From NCBI GenBank assembly GCA_021325015.1, contig JAJPHY010000013.1, positions 3,800 to 67,799 on the forward strand: a stretch of 64,000 nt of DNA, read 5' to 3'. Made by a program: the position numbers and the translations under genes. Numbering within the stretch: position 1 is the stretch's first letter; each line of letters begins with the position of its first letter. The notes beneath the pieces were generated by a model, which had not been told where the DNA came from, ran no database searches, and saw nothing but the letters and a program-made list of their open reading frames with translations. Positions 1 to 11,014 of this stretch are shown here, piece after piece. This DNA is from Actinomycetota bacterium. Its GTDB lineage: Bacteria > Actinomycetota > UBA4738 > HRBIN12.

Positions 1-1643
1 TGCGGAAGCTCGCCGACGCCGGTGGATCGGCCTCCGAGGCCGAGGAGCTCATCCGGCGGCTTCAGGCGACCCCGCTCACCAACCGCGAGCAGGCGGAGAG
101 CCGCGAGGGCGTTCGCCTCGGCGTCCACGCCGTCAACCCCGTGAACGGCGAGAAGGTGCCGTGCTTCGTGGCTCCCTACGTCCTGATGGAGTACGGGACG
201 GGCGCGGTCATGGGGGTGCCGGCGCACGACCAGCGCGACTTCGAGTTCGCCCGGGAGCACGGCCTGCCGATCCGCGTCGTCGTCCAGCCCGAGGGTGAGA
301 CCCGGGACCCCGAGACGATGACCGAGGCCTACGACCACGAGGGCGTGATGGTCAACTCCGGGCCCTTCGACGGCGTCCGCTCGCCCGAGTCGATCGGTCA
401 GGTGATCCGCTGGCTCGAGGAGCAGGGCAAGGGCAAGGCGGCGGTGACCTACCGGCTGCGCGACTGGCTCATCTCACGTCAGCGGTACTGGGGCGCGCCG
501 ATCCCGATCGTCCACTGTCCCGAACACGGTGAGGTGGCGGTGCCCGAGGACGAGCTCCCGGTCCTGCTGCCCGACGACGTCGACTTCCGTCCTGGGGGCG
601 AGTCGCCGCTCGCGCGGCACGAGGGCTTCGTCAGCACCACCTGCCCGGTCTGCGGCGCTCCGGCGCGGCGCGACACGGACACGATGGACACCTTCGTCGA
701 CAGCTCCTGGTATTTCTTCCGCTACTGCTCGCCCGGCGACGCCACGCGTGCCTTCGACCCCGAGCTTGTGGCGCGGTGGATGCCGGTCGGTCAGTACACG
801 GGCGGCGTCGAGCACGCGATCCTGCACCTGCTGTACTCGCGGTTCTTCACCAAGGTCCTGTACGACATGGGCTTGGTCTCGTTCACCGAGCCGTTCCCTC
901 GCCTGATGAACCAGGGCCAGGTGATCTACGGCGGGGCGGCGATGAGCAAGTCCAGGGGGAACATCGTCGAGCCGATGCCGCTCGTCGAGCGCTGGGGGGC
1001 CGACACCATGCGGCTCATGATGCTGTTCGCGGGGCCGTTCGAGGACGACATCGACTGGAAGCTGATCGCGCCCGACCCGGACCGGCGCCCGGGGGTGAAC
1101 GCCTGGCTCGGGCGCGTGTACGCGGTGGTCCACGAGGCGGCCGGGCGCGAGGCCGCGGAGCCGGAGTCGCTGCGTCGGCTCACCCATCGCACCATCAGGG
1201 CCGTCACAGAGGACCTGGAGCGGTTCCGGTTCAACGTGGCGATCTCCAAGCTGATGGTCCTCTCCAACGAGATCCGGTCCACGCTGGACGCCGGAGGAGG
1301 CGCCCGCGAGGCCGCCGTCGCGCTCGTCCAGATGCTCGCCCCGATCGCGCCGTTCCTGAGCGAGGAGCTCTGGCGCGAGGCGCTGGGCAATGATTCCAGC
1401 GTCCACGTTTCCTCGTGGCCGTCGCATGACCCCAAGCTCGCGCGCGAGGAGCGAACCGTGCTGGTCGTTCAGGTGGACGGCCGGGTGCGCGACCGCATCG
1501 AGATGCCGGCCGACGCCTCGGAAGAGGACTGCCGACAGGCGGCGCTGGCCTCGGAGCACGCGCGGCGCTTCCTCGAGGGACGCGAGGTCGCGCGGGTGAT
1601 CGTTCGTGCCCCCAAGCTCGTGAACGTCGTGACCTCGGGCTGA
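1..1643 (+). CDS. leuS: Leucyl-tRNA synthetase, C-terminal part (gene starts upstream of window)
   Basis: The frame is open from base 3 with no stop. The conserved LeuS segments ...GVHAVNPVNGEKVP..., ...VPAHDQRDFEFA... and the anticodon-binding C-terminus are present; stop at 1643. Confidence 0.93.
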   Translation, partial: RKLADAGGSASEAEELIRRLQATPLTNREQAESREGVRLGVHAVNPVNGEKVPCFVAPYVLMEYGTGAVMGVPAHDQRDFEFAREHGLPIRVVVQPEGETRDPETMTEAYDHEGVMVNSGPFDGVRSPESIGQVIRWLEEQGKGKAAVTYRLRDWLISRQRYWGAPIPIVHCPEHGEVAVPEDELPVLLPDDVDFRPGGESPLARHEGFVSTTCPVCGAPARRDTDTMDTFVDSSWYFFRYCSPGDATRAFDPELVARWMPVGQYTGGVEHAILHLLYSRFFTKVLYDMGLVSFTEPFPRLMNQGQVIYGGAAMSKSRGNIVEPMPLVERWGADTMRLMMLFAGPFEDDIDWKLIAPDPDRRPGVNAWLGRVYAVVHEAAGREAAEPESLRRLTHRTIRAVTEDLERFRFNVAISKLMVLSNEIRSTLDAGGGAREAAVALVQMLAPIAPFLSEELWREALGNDSSVHVSSWPSHDPKLAREERTVLVVQVDGRVRDRIEMPADASEEDCRQAALASEHARRFLEGREVARVIVRAPKLVNVVTSG

Positions 1644-1777
1644 GCCGGCGCCGCGCCTCAGCTCGCGCCGGCCATCCGGCCCCCGCCGCGTGGGGCGTTC
1701 GACCGGGCCGGCCGGCATCTACCGCTGGAATCCTTCGCCTGGGGGACGCGTCGCCGCGCCCACTCGAGGAGGACGCG

Positions 1778-3154
1778 ATGAGCGACCACACGTGGTTTGA
1801 GCCTTACAAGATCAAGGCCGTCGAGCGGATCCCGATCACCACGCCCGAGCAGCGCGCGGCCGCGCTCGAGGAGGCGGGGTGGAACACGTTCCTCCTCCGA
1901 TCCGACCAGGTGACGATCGACCTGCTCACGGACTCCGGGACGAACGCGATGAGCGACCGCCAGTGGGCCGGTCTGATGATGGGCGGCGAGGCGTACGCCG
2001 GCAGCCGCAACTTCTACCACCTCGAGGAGACCGTGCGGCGCGTGTACGGGTATCGCTACGTCGTGCCCACTCATCAGGGTCGCGGCGCGGAGCACATCGT
2101 GTCCCGGATGCTGATCCACAAGGGGGACACGATCCCGGGCAACATGTACTTCACGACGACCCGACAGCACCAGGAGCTGGCCGGCGGGACGTTCGCCGAC
2201 GTGATTGTCGACGAGGCGCACGACCCGCAGAGCCGGCATCCGTTCAAGGGCAACGTGAACCTCGAGAGGCTCGAGAAGGTGATCGAGCAGGCCGAGCGCG
2301 TGCCCTACCTGTCGATCGCCGGGACCGTGAACATGGCGGGCGGCCAGCCGATCTCCCTCGCCAACCTCCGCGCGGTGAGGGAGATCGCGCACGCGCACGG
2401 CGCGCTCGTGATCTTCGACGCGACGCGGGCCGTCGAGAACGCCTGGTTCATCAAGGAGCGCGAGCCCGGGCACGCGGACCGCTCCGTCGCGGAGATCCTC
2501 CTGGAGATGTGCTCGCTCACCGACGGCTGCACGATGTCGGCCAAGAAGGACTCGCTGGTGAACATCGGGGGGTGGATCGGGCTGAACGACCCGGACCTCG
2601 CCGCGCAGGCCAGGAACCTGTGCGTCGTGTACGAGGGGCTCCACACGTACGGCGGCCTGGCGGGGCGCGATCTCGAGGCGATCGCGATCGGCATCGAGGA
2701 GTCGGTCGACGACGATCACGTCCGGGCGCGCATCCTGCAGGTGCGCGAGCTCGGGGAGATGTTGGAGGCGGCCGGCGTTCCGATCGTCGAGCCGATCGGC
2801 GGCCACGCTGTCTTCCTCGACGCGAAGCGGATCTACCCGCATATCCCTCAGGAGGAGTTTCCGGCCCAGCGCCTGGCCGGCGAGATCTACCTCGACTCGG
2901 GGACCCGGACGATGGAGCGCGGGATCGTCTCCGCGGGGCGGGATCCGGAGACCGGCGAGCACCGTCACCCGGCCCTCGAGCTCGTGCGCCTGACGATTCC
3001 CCGGCGGGTCTACACCTCCCGGCACCTCGCCGGGGTGGCCCGTTCGGTCGCGCGGGTGTTCGAGCGACGGTGGACGACCCGGGGCCTCGAGATGGTGTTC
3101 GAGCCCACCTACCTGCGGTTCTTCCAGGCCCGGTTCCGGCCGCTCGAGAGCTGA
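1778..3154 (+). CDS. Tryptophanase / tyrosine phenol-lyase family beta-eliminating lyase (PLP-dependent)
   Basis: 458 aa, colinear with TnaA/TPL: YRYVVPTHQGRGAEHI, FKGNVNLERLE, GGQPISLANL, PLP-lysine motif SAKKD and C-terminal LTIPRRVYT. GAGGAGGA RBS before ATG 1778. Confidence 0.85.
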   Translation: MSDHTWFEPYKIKAVERIPITTPEQRAAALEEAGWNTFLLRSDQVTIDLLTDSGTNAMSDRQWAGLMMGGEAYAGSRNFYHLEETVRRVYGYRYVVPTHQGRGAEHIVSRMLIHKGDTIPGNMYFTTTRQHQELAGGTFADVIVDEAHDPQSRHPFKGNVNLERLEKVIEQAERVPYLSIAGTVNMAGGQPISLANLRAVREIAHAHGALVIFDATRAVENAWFIKEREPGHADRSVAEILLEMCSLTDGCTMSAKKDSLVNIGGWIGLNDPDLAAQARNLCVVYEGLHTYGGLAGRDLEAIAIGIEESVDDDHVRARILQVRELGEMLEAAGVPIVEPIGGHAVFLDAKRIYPHIPQEEFPAQRLAGEIYLDSGTRTMERGIVSAGRDPETGEHRHPALELVRLTIPRRVYTSRHLAGVARSVARVFERRWTTRGLEMVFEPTYLRFFQARFRPLES

Positions 3155-3449
3155 GTCGGGCCACTTCCGGCCCGATCCGTTGCCGTCTCCGAGCGGCCGT
3201 TCAGCCGGGCTCAACCGTGGGCGGCAAGCGCCCGATACCTGAAACTGACCAGGCGCCTGCCGGTCGTGGTCGTGGCCGAGGGGGGCGATCAGACTGCCCG
3301 AGAGCATCCACAACGGTCCGCCCGTTGCTGCGAGCGAGGCGGTCGCGCGACCCGGTCCCTCGGTCCCGGAGGTCGAGCGCCCCGCACGGCCGGATCTGTC
3401 GCCGGACCAGCTCCGGACGGAGCGCTCGATCGCCATCATCCGGATCGCC

Positions 3450-4703
3450 GTGATCCTGGTGGTCGCCGCCGTCTACCTGAGCTCGATCGGCATCCGGCGG
3501 CCGCTCGGGCCGCTCGCGATCGCGATCCTCGCGCTCGCCGCCCTGTACGCGCTGTGGACTCTGCTCGCCAAGCCGTACGAGACCATGCCGGGGACGCGAT
3601 TCCAGGCGGCGACCCTGCTCGCCGATGCCGCGTTCATCACGCTGTGGTGTAAGGCGACCGGCGGGCCCGCGAGCGAGTTCTGGACGCTGTACCTCATCGC
3701 CGTCATCGCGGTCGCCATGCGGTTCGACCTGCTCGAGACCATGGCCGCCGCGTTGGGGCTCTCCGTGCTGTACGTCCTCGTGATGAGCGTCTCCGGCGGC
3801 CTGCCGCGCACCTCGCTCCTGGCGCGGCCACCCCTGATGCTGATCACCGGGTTCGCGGTCGGCGTCCTCGCCCGGGAGCGGCGCCTCGACGAGCGGCAGC
3901 GCGAGGCCCTGGCCCGGATCGCGGAGGAGAGCTCGGCGGCGCTCGCCGAGGAGCAGGCCCTCGTGGCCCGGCTCCGGCAGGTGGACCTCGCGAAGACCGA
4001 GTTCGTGGCGGTCGCCTCGCACGAGTTCCGAACCCCGCTCGCCGCGATCCTCGGGGTCGTGAGCACGCTGCGGGCTCACGGCGACGAGCTCGAGCCGGGT
4101 GTCCGGGCGGAGCTCCTCGACGGGGCGGCGGTCCAGGCGGAGCGTCTGGCCAGGCTGGTGGACGATCTGTTGACGGTCTCGAGGATCGAGGACGGGGCCC
4201 TGCCGCTCGAGCTCCAGCCCGTGCATCCGCAGCGCCTGATCTACGAGGCCGTGCAGGCTTCCGGCACGGCCGATGTCGTGAGCATCAAGACCGGCGGCGT
4301 CGAACGCGTGGTCTGCGACGCCGACCGGATCGTCCGGGTCCTCACCAACCTGCTGGACAACGCGCGCAAGTACTCTCCCCCGGGAGGGACGATCTTCGTG
4401 GCGATGTCCGAGGACGAGGGGGCCGTGACGTTCAGCGTCCGAGACGAGGGCCCCGGGGTCCCCGCCGCCCACCGGGAGGAGATCTTCGAGCGCTTCCGCC
4501 GGCTGATGGACGGCTCGCAGAAGCCTGGGGCCGGGCTCGGCCTGTACATCTCCCGGTGCCTCGTGGAGGCGCACGGCGGGGAGATCGGCGTTCGGGAGGG
4601 CCAGGGCGGGGGTGCGGAGTTCGTCTTCACCCTGCCCAAGGGTCCGGTCGGTCGCGTGTTGCTCACCCCGGAGCCGGCCGGGGACCCCGCGAGCGTGGGC
4701 TGA
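3450..4703 (+). CDS. Sensor histidine kinase (4 TM + HisKA + HATPase_c), no cognate response regulator nearby
   Basis: N-terminal hydrophobic helices, H-box ASHEFRTPLAAILG, N/G boxes (LLDNARKYS, GLGLYISR). GTG start is the first start codon after the in-frame stop at 3246. Confidence 0.8.
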   Translation: MILVVAAVYLSSIGIRRPLGPLAIAILALAALYALWTLLAKPYETMPGTRFQAATLLADAAFITLWCKATGGPASEFWTLYLIAVIAVAMRFDLLETMAAALGLSVLYVLVMSVSGGLPRTSLLARPPLMLITGFAVGVLARERRLDERQREALARIAEESSAALAEEQALVARLRQVDLAKTEFVAVASHEFRTPLAAILGVVSTLRAHGDELEPGVRAELLDGAAVQAERLARLVDDLLTVSRIEDGALPLELQPVHPQRLIYEAVQASGTADVVSIKTGGVERVVCDADRIVRVLTNLLDNARKYSPPGGTIFVAMSEDEGAVTFSVRDEGPGVPAAHREEIFERFRRLMDGSQKPGAGLGLYISRCLVEAHGGEIGVREGQGGGAEFVFTLPKGPVGRVLLTPEPAGDPASVG

Positions 4704-4847
4704 GCATCGACGCGCCTCGCGTCGGCCCGCCGCCGGATCGTCCGTTGGGCGCCTCGGGTGTGACCGACCTCACTGACGGCGTTCCGGCTCGTTGCTAGCG
4801 TTCGACCCGTCGCTCCCCCTCGTGCCGTAACGACCGGAGGAGGGCGC

Positions 4848-5465
4848 GTGACGAACGGTTCCCTTCGCGAGCGGCTCTCCACGCTCTCGCGCGCCGAGCT
4901 GCTCGGCCTGACCCTTCTGCTCTGCGCCACGCTGGCCGGCGCCGCCGTCTGGTACCTGCGCTCGTTGCCCAAGCCGGTCCAGGTGCGGGCGGGGACCGGG
5001 CGGCCGGCCGAGACGAGCGGCTCGCCCTCGCCGGCGGTGCTCCTGGTCGACGTCGCCGGGTGGGTTCGGCGACCCGGCGTCTACGAGTTCCACGAGGGGG
5101 ACCGGGTGATCGACGCGATCGAGGCCGCGGGCGGCGCCCGTTCGGGTGCGGCGCTGGACTCGCTGAACCTCGCCGCCCCGCTCTCGGACGGGACCCAGGT
5201 CCTGGTCCCGCGCTCCACCCCCGGCGGCGCGAGCGCCGGCACGGGCCCGGCGTCCGCGACCGGCGTCACCTCGGGAAAGGTGAACATCAACACGGCCTCG
5301 GCCACAGATCTCGAGGCCCTTCCCGGCATCGGCGAAGTCCTCGCCCAGCGAATCGTCGACTACCGGACGCAGAACGGGCCGTTCACCTCGGTCGACCAGC
5401 TGCTCGACGTGAGCGGAATCGGTGACGCCATCCTCGCCGAGATCAGAGACAGAGTGACCGTGTGA
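4848..5465 (+). CDS. comEA: Competence protein ComEA (helix-hairpin-helix DNA-binding)
   Basis: Signal/anchor then C-terminal HhH motifs GKVNINTASATDLEALPGIGEVLAQRIVDYR...VSGIG; GGAGGAGG RBS before GTG 4848. Confidence 0.85.
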   Translation: MTNGSLRERLSTLSRAELLGLTLLLCATLAGAAVWYLRSLPKPVQVRAGTGRPAETSGSPSPAVLLVDVAGWVRRPGVYEFHEGDRVIDAIEAAGGARSGAALDSLNLAAPLSDGTQVLVPRSTPGGASAGTGPASATGVTSGKVNINTASATDLEALPGIGEVLAQRIVDYRTQNGPFTSVDQLLDVSGIGDAILAEIRDRVTV

Positions 5466-7855
5466 GCGCGTGGCTCCTTCCCTCGGCCGCCGCCGCGTTC
5501 TGGGCCGGGCTCCTCGCGTGGGCGGCCGTCGGCTCCGGCCTGCCCGTGCCCGCCTGGATCTCGCTCGGTCTGGGCGCACTGGCGGCCGCCATCTGGCTGT
5601 CGCCGTCGGGCAACGAAGACGACCTGCTGGCTCGCGGGGGCCTGGCCCGGGGCAGGGAGCCGCCCGCCGTCCGGGCCCTCGCGCCCGCTCGACCCGGATC
5701 CGCGGGGGCCCCCGGATGGGCCCGTGGGCTGCTCGCGGTCCTCGCGGTCCTCGCGCTCGGCATCGGGTGGGCGGGGGCGCACGAGCACCGCGTGGGGGGC
5801 TCGCTGCTCGCCCGGCTGGCCCCGCGCCAGGTGACGATCGACGGCGGCCTCCGCACAGACCCGGCACTCGGCGACCGGGGCTGGAGCGCGATCCTCGACG
5901 CCCGCAGGGTCGCGTGGGACGCCGGCGCCGCGACGCTTCGCGAAACCCTGTGGGTCCAGGGCTCGGGCCCGATGCCGCGCGCCCTCCGCGGGGACCGCCT
6001 TCGCGTTCGCGGCGAGGTGGAGGTGCCCGACGACCCCGGGTTCGCCGGGTTCCTCTCAAGGCGCGGGATCGCCGTCGAGCTGCGGGCCGATCGGGTCGAG
6101 CGTCTCGGCGGGTCGGCCTCCCCGATCGTGGCCGCGGCCCAGGCCTTCCGGGCGTTCGTGGGCCGCTCGATCGGGCGGCTGTTCGCCCCGCCTGAGGCGG
6201 GGCTGCTGATGGGTCTCGCGCTCGGCGACGACTCGCGGCTGGACCCCGGCCTCGCGCGCGACTTCCAGGCCACCGGTCTGGGTCACCTGCTGGTGGTCTC
6301 CGGCGAGAACGTGGCGATGGTGCTGGCGCCCGTCTTGGGGCTCGCCGCGCTCCTGCGCCTGTCCCGGGTTCCGAGGTTCCTGCTGGGCCTGTCGACGGTG
6401 CTCTTCTTCGTGGTGCTGACCGGTGCCGAGCCGTCGGTCATGCGGGCCGGGGTCATGGCCTCCATCGGCCTGACGGGGGTGCTTCTGGGCCGGCCGAGGA
6501 GCACGGCGAGCGTCCTGTCCGCCGCGGTCCTCGTCCTGTTGGTGATCGACCCCACGCTCGTTTGGTCGATCGGCTTCCAGCTCTCGGTGGCGGCCACCGC
6601 CGGGATGGTGGGGCTCGCCGCCCCGCTCGGGGAGCGGCTCGGCCCGCTGCCCAGGCCGCTCGCGCTCGCGGCGGGCACGACCATCGCCGCCCAGCTCGGG
6701 GTCACGCCGATCCTGCTCTTCCACTTCCACGAGGTCCCCGGGGTCACGGTGATCGCCAACCTGCTCGCCTTCCCGGCGGTCTCGCCGGCTCTGGTCCTCG
6801 GGCTGGTCGCCGCCGCTCTCGGCCTGGTGGCGGAGCCGATCGGGCGGATCGTCGCGTGGTTCGCCGCCCTGCCCATGCGGTACCTGATGGCCGTTGCCGA
6901 CCGGCTGGCGCGCGCGCCGGTCCCCTGGATCACCTCGGGGGGCGGGCTCGCCTCCCTCGTCGGGGGCGGGGCGCTCGTTGCGCTCGCCGCGTGGTGGCTT
7001 CGCTCCCGACGGCGTCTTCCGCGCTCGGCGGTCGTGGTCGGGTGCGTCCTTCTTCCGCTGTTCGTGTGGAGCGCGGCCGTCTCCTCAGGCCCGCCCTCCG
7101 CGCTCGTTCTCCACTTCTTCGACGTGGGTCAGGGGGACTCCGCGCTCGTCACCTCGCCGGCCGGGGCGAGCATCCTGATCGACGGAGGGCCCGATCCCGA
7201 GCAGGTCGCGACCAAGCTCTCGGCGCTCGGCGTGAAGCGTCTCGACCTGCTCGTCGCGACGCACCCGCACGCCGACCACGTCGCGGGGCTTCCCGCGGTG
7301 ATGGCGCGGTTCCCCGTCGGCCTCGTGATCGAGCCCGGGTGCCTGGAGCCCTCACCCGCCTACGAGGGGTTCCTCCAGGCGGTCCGCGACGAGCACGTGC
7401 CGGTGCGCCACCCACGGACCGGTGACACGTTCGACGTCGCCGACGTGCACCTGGACGTGCTCGCCCCGGACGCCTGCGCGCACGGCACCGACTCGGATCC
7501 GAACAACGACTCGATCGTCCTTCGCCTGGTGTGGAACGGCCGGGTGGTGCTGTTCCCGGCGGACGCGGAGGTTCCCTCGCAGCAGACGATGCTCGACGAG
7601 CACGCGCCCCTCGCGTCCGAGGTGCTGAAGGTCCCGCACCATGGAGGCGACACGTCGCTCATCGAGTTCTTCGAGGCGGTCGACCCGCAGCTCGCGATCG
7701 TGAGCGTCGGGCAGCCCAACGACTACGGGCACCCCGTGCCGAAGGTGCTGGATGAGCTCCGAGCGACCGGCGCGCGGGTTCTGCGAACCGACCGTCGGGG
7801 TGACATCACGGTCGTCCTCCGCCCGAGCGGGCTTCTCGTAGAATCCGCCGCGTGA
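5462..7855 (+). CDS. comEC: DNA internalization competence protein ComEC/Rec2 with C-terminal metallo-beta-lactamase domain
   Basis: Polytopic membrane core followed by the MBL motif HFFDVGQGDSALV...VATHPHADH. GTGA overlap with comEA stop. Confidence 0.9.
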   Translation: MSAWLLPSAAAAFWAGLLAWAAVGSGLPVPAWISLGLGALAAAIWLSPSGNEDDLLARGGLARGREPPAVRALAPARPGSAGAPGWARGLLAVLAVLALGIGWAGAHEHRVGGSLLARLAPRQVTIDGGLRTDPALGDRGWSAILDARRVAWDAGAATLRETLWVQGSGPMPRALRGDRLRVRGEVEVPDDPGFAGFLSRRGIAVELRADRVERLGGSASPIVAAAQAFRAFVGRSIGRLFAPPEAGLLMGLALGDDSRLDPGLARDFQATGLGHLLVVSGENVAMVLAPVLGLAALLRLSRVPRFLLGLSTVLFFVVLTGAEPSVMRAGVMASIGLTGVLLGRPRSTASVLSAAVLVLLVIDPTLVWSIGFQLSVAATAGMVGLAAPLGERLGPLPRPLALAAGTTIAAQLGVTPILLFHFHEVPGVTVIANLLAFPAVSPALVLGLVAAALGLVAEPIGRIVAWFAALPMRYLMAVADRLARAPVPWITSGGGLASLVGGGALVALAAWWLRSRRRLPRSAVVVGCVLLPLFVWSAAVSSGPPSALVLHFFDVGQGDSALVTSPAGASILIDGGPDPEQVATKLSALGVKRLDLLVATHPHADHVAGLPAVMARFPVGLVIEPGCLEPSPAYEGFLQAVRDEHVPVRHPRTGDTFDVADVHLDVLAPDACAHGTDSDPNNDSIVLRLVWNGRVVLFPADAEVPSQQTMLDEHAPLASEVLKVPHHGGDTSLIEFFEAVDPQLAIVSVGQPNDYGHPVPKVLDELRATGARVLRTDRRGDITVVLRPSGLLVESAA

Positions 7856-8817
7856 GCTCCCGCTCCGCTCCCGCCTACCTGCTCTGGGGCGAGGATCCGT
7901 TCCTGCTTCGCGAGGCCGCGCTCGAGATCATCGGGCCCGACGTGCAGGTCCGGGAGGTGGACGCGGCGGCGTGGTCGGGTGGGGAGACCGGCGACCTCGC
8001 GACTCCCTCCCTGTTCGGGGAGCGGAGAGCGCTCCTCGTCACCGATTGCCGGTCCCTCCCGGAGCGTGCGCTGGGCGAGCTCGCCGCCTACCTCGCGGCT
8101 CCCGTGCCGGAGTCTCCGCTGGTGCTGTGCGCCACGGTGGGCGAGCGGGGTCGCGCGCCCGGGGGCCTCGTCAAGCTGGTCGAGCCGGTCGGCGAGGTCC
8201 GCCAGGTCGCCCTGGCCAGGCGGGATCTGCCGGGCTGGCTCGCCGCGCGCGCTCGTGCGGGCGGGATGGAGCTCGCGCCCGACGCCGCCCTCGCCCTGGT
8301 CGAGACCGTCGGGGAGGATCCGGCCGCCCTCGTCCGCGCGCTGGAGCAGCTCGGGTCGGCCTTCGCAGGGGCGCGCATCACGCGCCAGCTCGTCGCCCGC
8401 CAGTTCCGAGGGCTCGGTGACCAGCACGTGTGGGACCTGTGCGATCGAGCGTTCGGCCGGGACCTGCCGGGCGCCGTGCGATCGCTGCAGGCGCTCCTCC
8501 GCGACCGCGCGGACGGCCTCCTCGTGCTCGGCGGGATCGCGTCCAGGCTCCGGGACCTCCTGCGCGTGCGGGCGCTCCCGGACCGGATGCCGCCCGCGGA
8601 GCTCGCCCGCGCCGCCGGCCTCCGGTTCGAATGGCAAGCCCGGCGCTACCGGGAGCAGGCGCGCCGCTTCACGCTCGAGGAGCTGGTTCGGTTGCACGCC
8701 CGAGTCGTCGAGGCCGATCGCGCGATGAAGTCCGGGGCGTCGGAGGACCTGGTGCTGCCGATGCTGGTGAGCGCGATCGCGGGCGAGGGCACCCCGGCCG
8801 GAGGCCGACCCGCCTAG
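7852..8817 (+). CDS. holA: DNA polymerase III delta subunit
   Basis: 321 aa, N-terminal YLLWGEDPFLL motif typical of HolA. GTGA overlap with comEC; position after comEC is conserved in Actinobacteria. Confidence 0.8.
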   Translation: MSSRSAPAYLLWGEDPFLLREAALEIIGPDVQVREVDAAAWSGGETGDLATPSLFGERRALLVTDCRSLPERALGELAAYLAAPVPESPLVLCATVGERGRAPGGLVKLVEPVGEVRQVALARRDLPGWLAARARAGGMELAPDAALALVETVGEDPAALVRALEQLGSAFAGARITRQLVARQFRGLGDQHVWDLCDRAFGRDLPGAVRSLQALLRDRADGLLVLGGIASRLRDLLRVRALPDRMPPAELARAAGLRFEWQARRYREQARRFTLEELVRLHARVVEADRAMKSGASEDLVLPMLVSAIAGEGTPAGGRPA

Positions 8818-9098
8818 GCCCCGGTCGAGGCCTGCGCCGCGACCCCGTTGGCGGTCCGCGCGAGCCGCGACTTGTGGCGCGCGGCCGTCCGCCGGTGCAC
8901 GATTCCCCTGGAGGCGGCCTTGTCGTAGGCCCGGGCGGCCTCGCGAGCGCGCTGGAGGGCGGCCTCGGGGTCACCGCTCGCCGCCGCGAGGCGCACCTTC
9001 TTGGAGGCGGTCTTCAGGGCGGAGCGCACCGCGCGGTTCCGCTGCCGGGCTCGCTCGTTCTGCTTGTTCCGCTTGATCTGCGACTTGATGTTGGCCAC
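8814..9098 (-). CDS. rpsT: 30S ribosomal protein S20
   Basis: 94 aa, (M/V)[20 protein letters not shown]...; GTG start at 9098; antiparallel between holA and lepA as in other Actinobacteria. Confidence 0.93.
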   Translation of the reverse strand: MANIKSQIKRNKQNERARQRNRAVRSALKTASKKVRLAAASGDPEAALQRAREAARAYDKAASRGIVHRRTAARHKSRLARTANGVAAQASTGA

Positions 9099-9196
9099 GG
9101 CGAGCGAGTGTACCAGCGGAAACGGCGGTGAAGCCCGGTCCGCTCGCCCGGCACGCCGGGGTCCGCCGGCTCGGCGCCCCGTACGATAGGCGGGGC

Positions 9197-11010
<1,814 letters not shown>

Positions 11011-11014
<4 letters not shown>

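Noticed and set aside
474-1718. Long antisense ORFs opposite well-supported genes (e.g. 474-1718 -, 1658-3439 -, 4770-6059 -, 27823-31311 -, 37637-40333 +, 48794-52165 +, 50170-51312 +)
   Set aside because: They are Arg/Pro/Gly/Ala-rich low-complexity translations typical of stop-codon-poor high-GC DNA, carry no recognizable domains, and fully overlap genes with clear homology on the other strand.
3266-3652. 128-aa ORF upstream/overlapping the start of the histidine kinase
   Set aside because: No domain signal and a composition typical of spurious GC-rich ORFs; it overlaps the kinase N-terminus in another frame.
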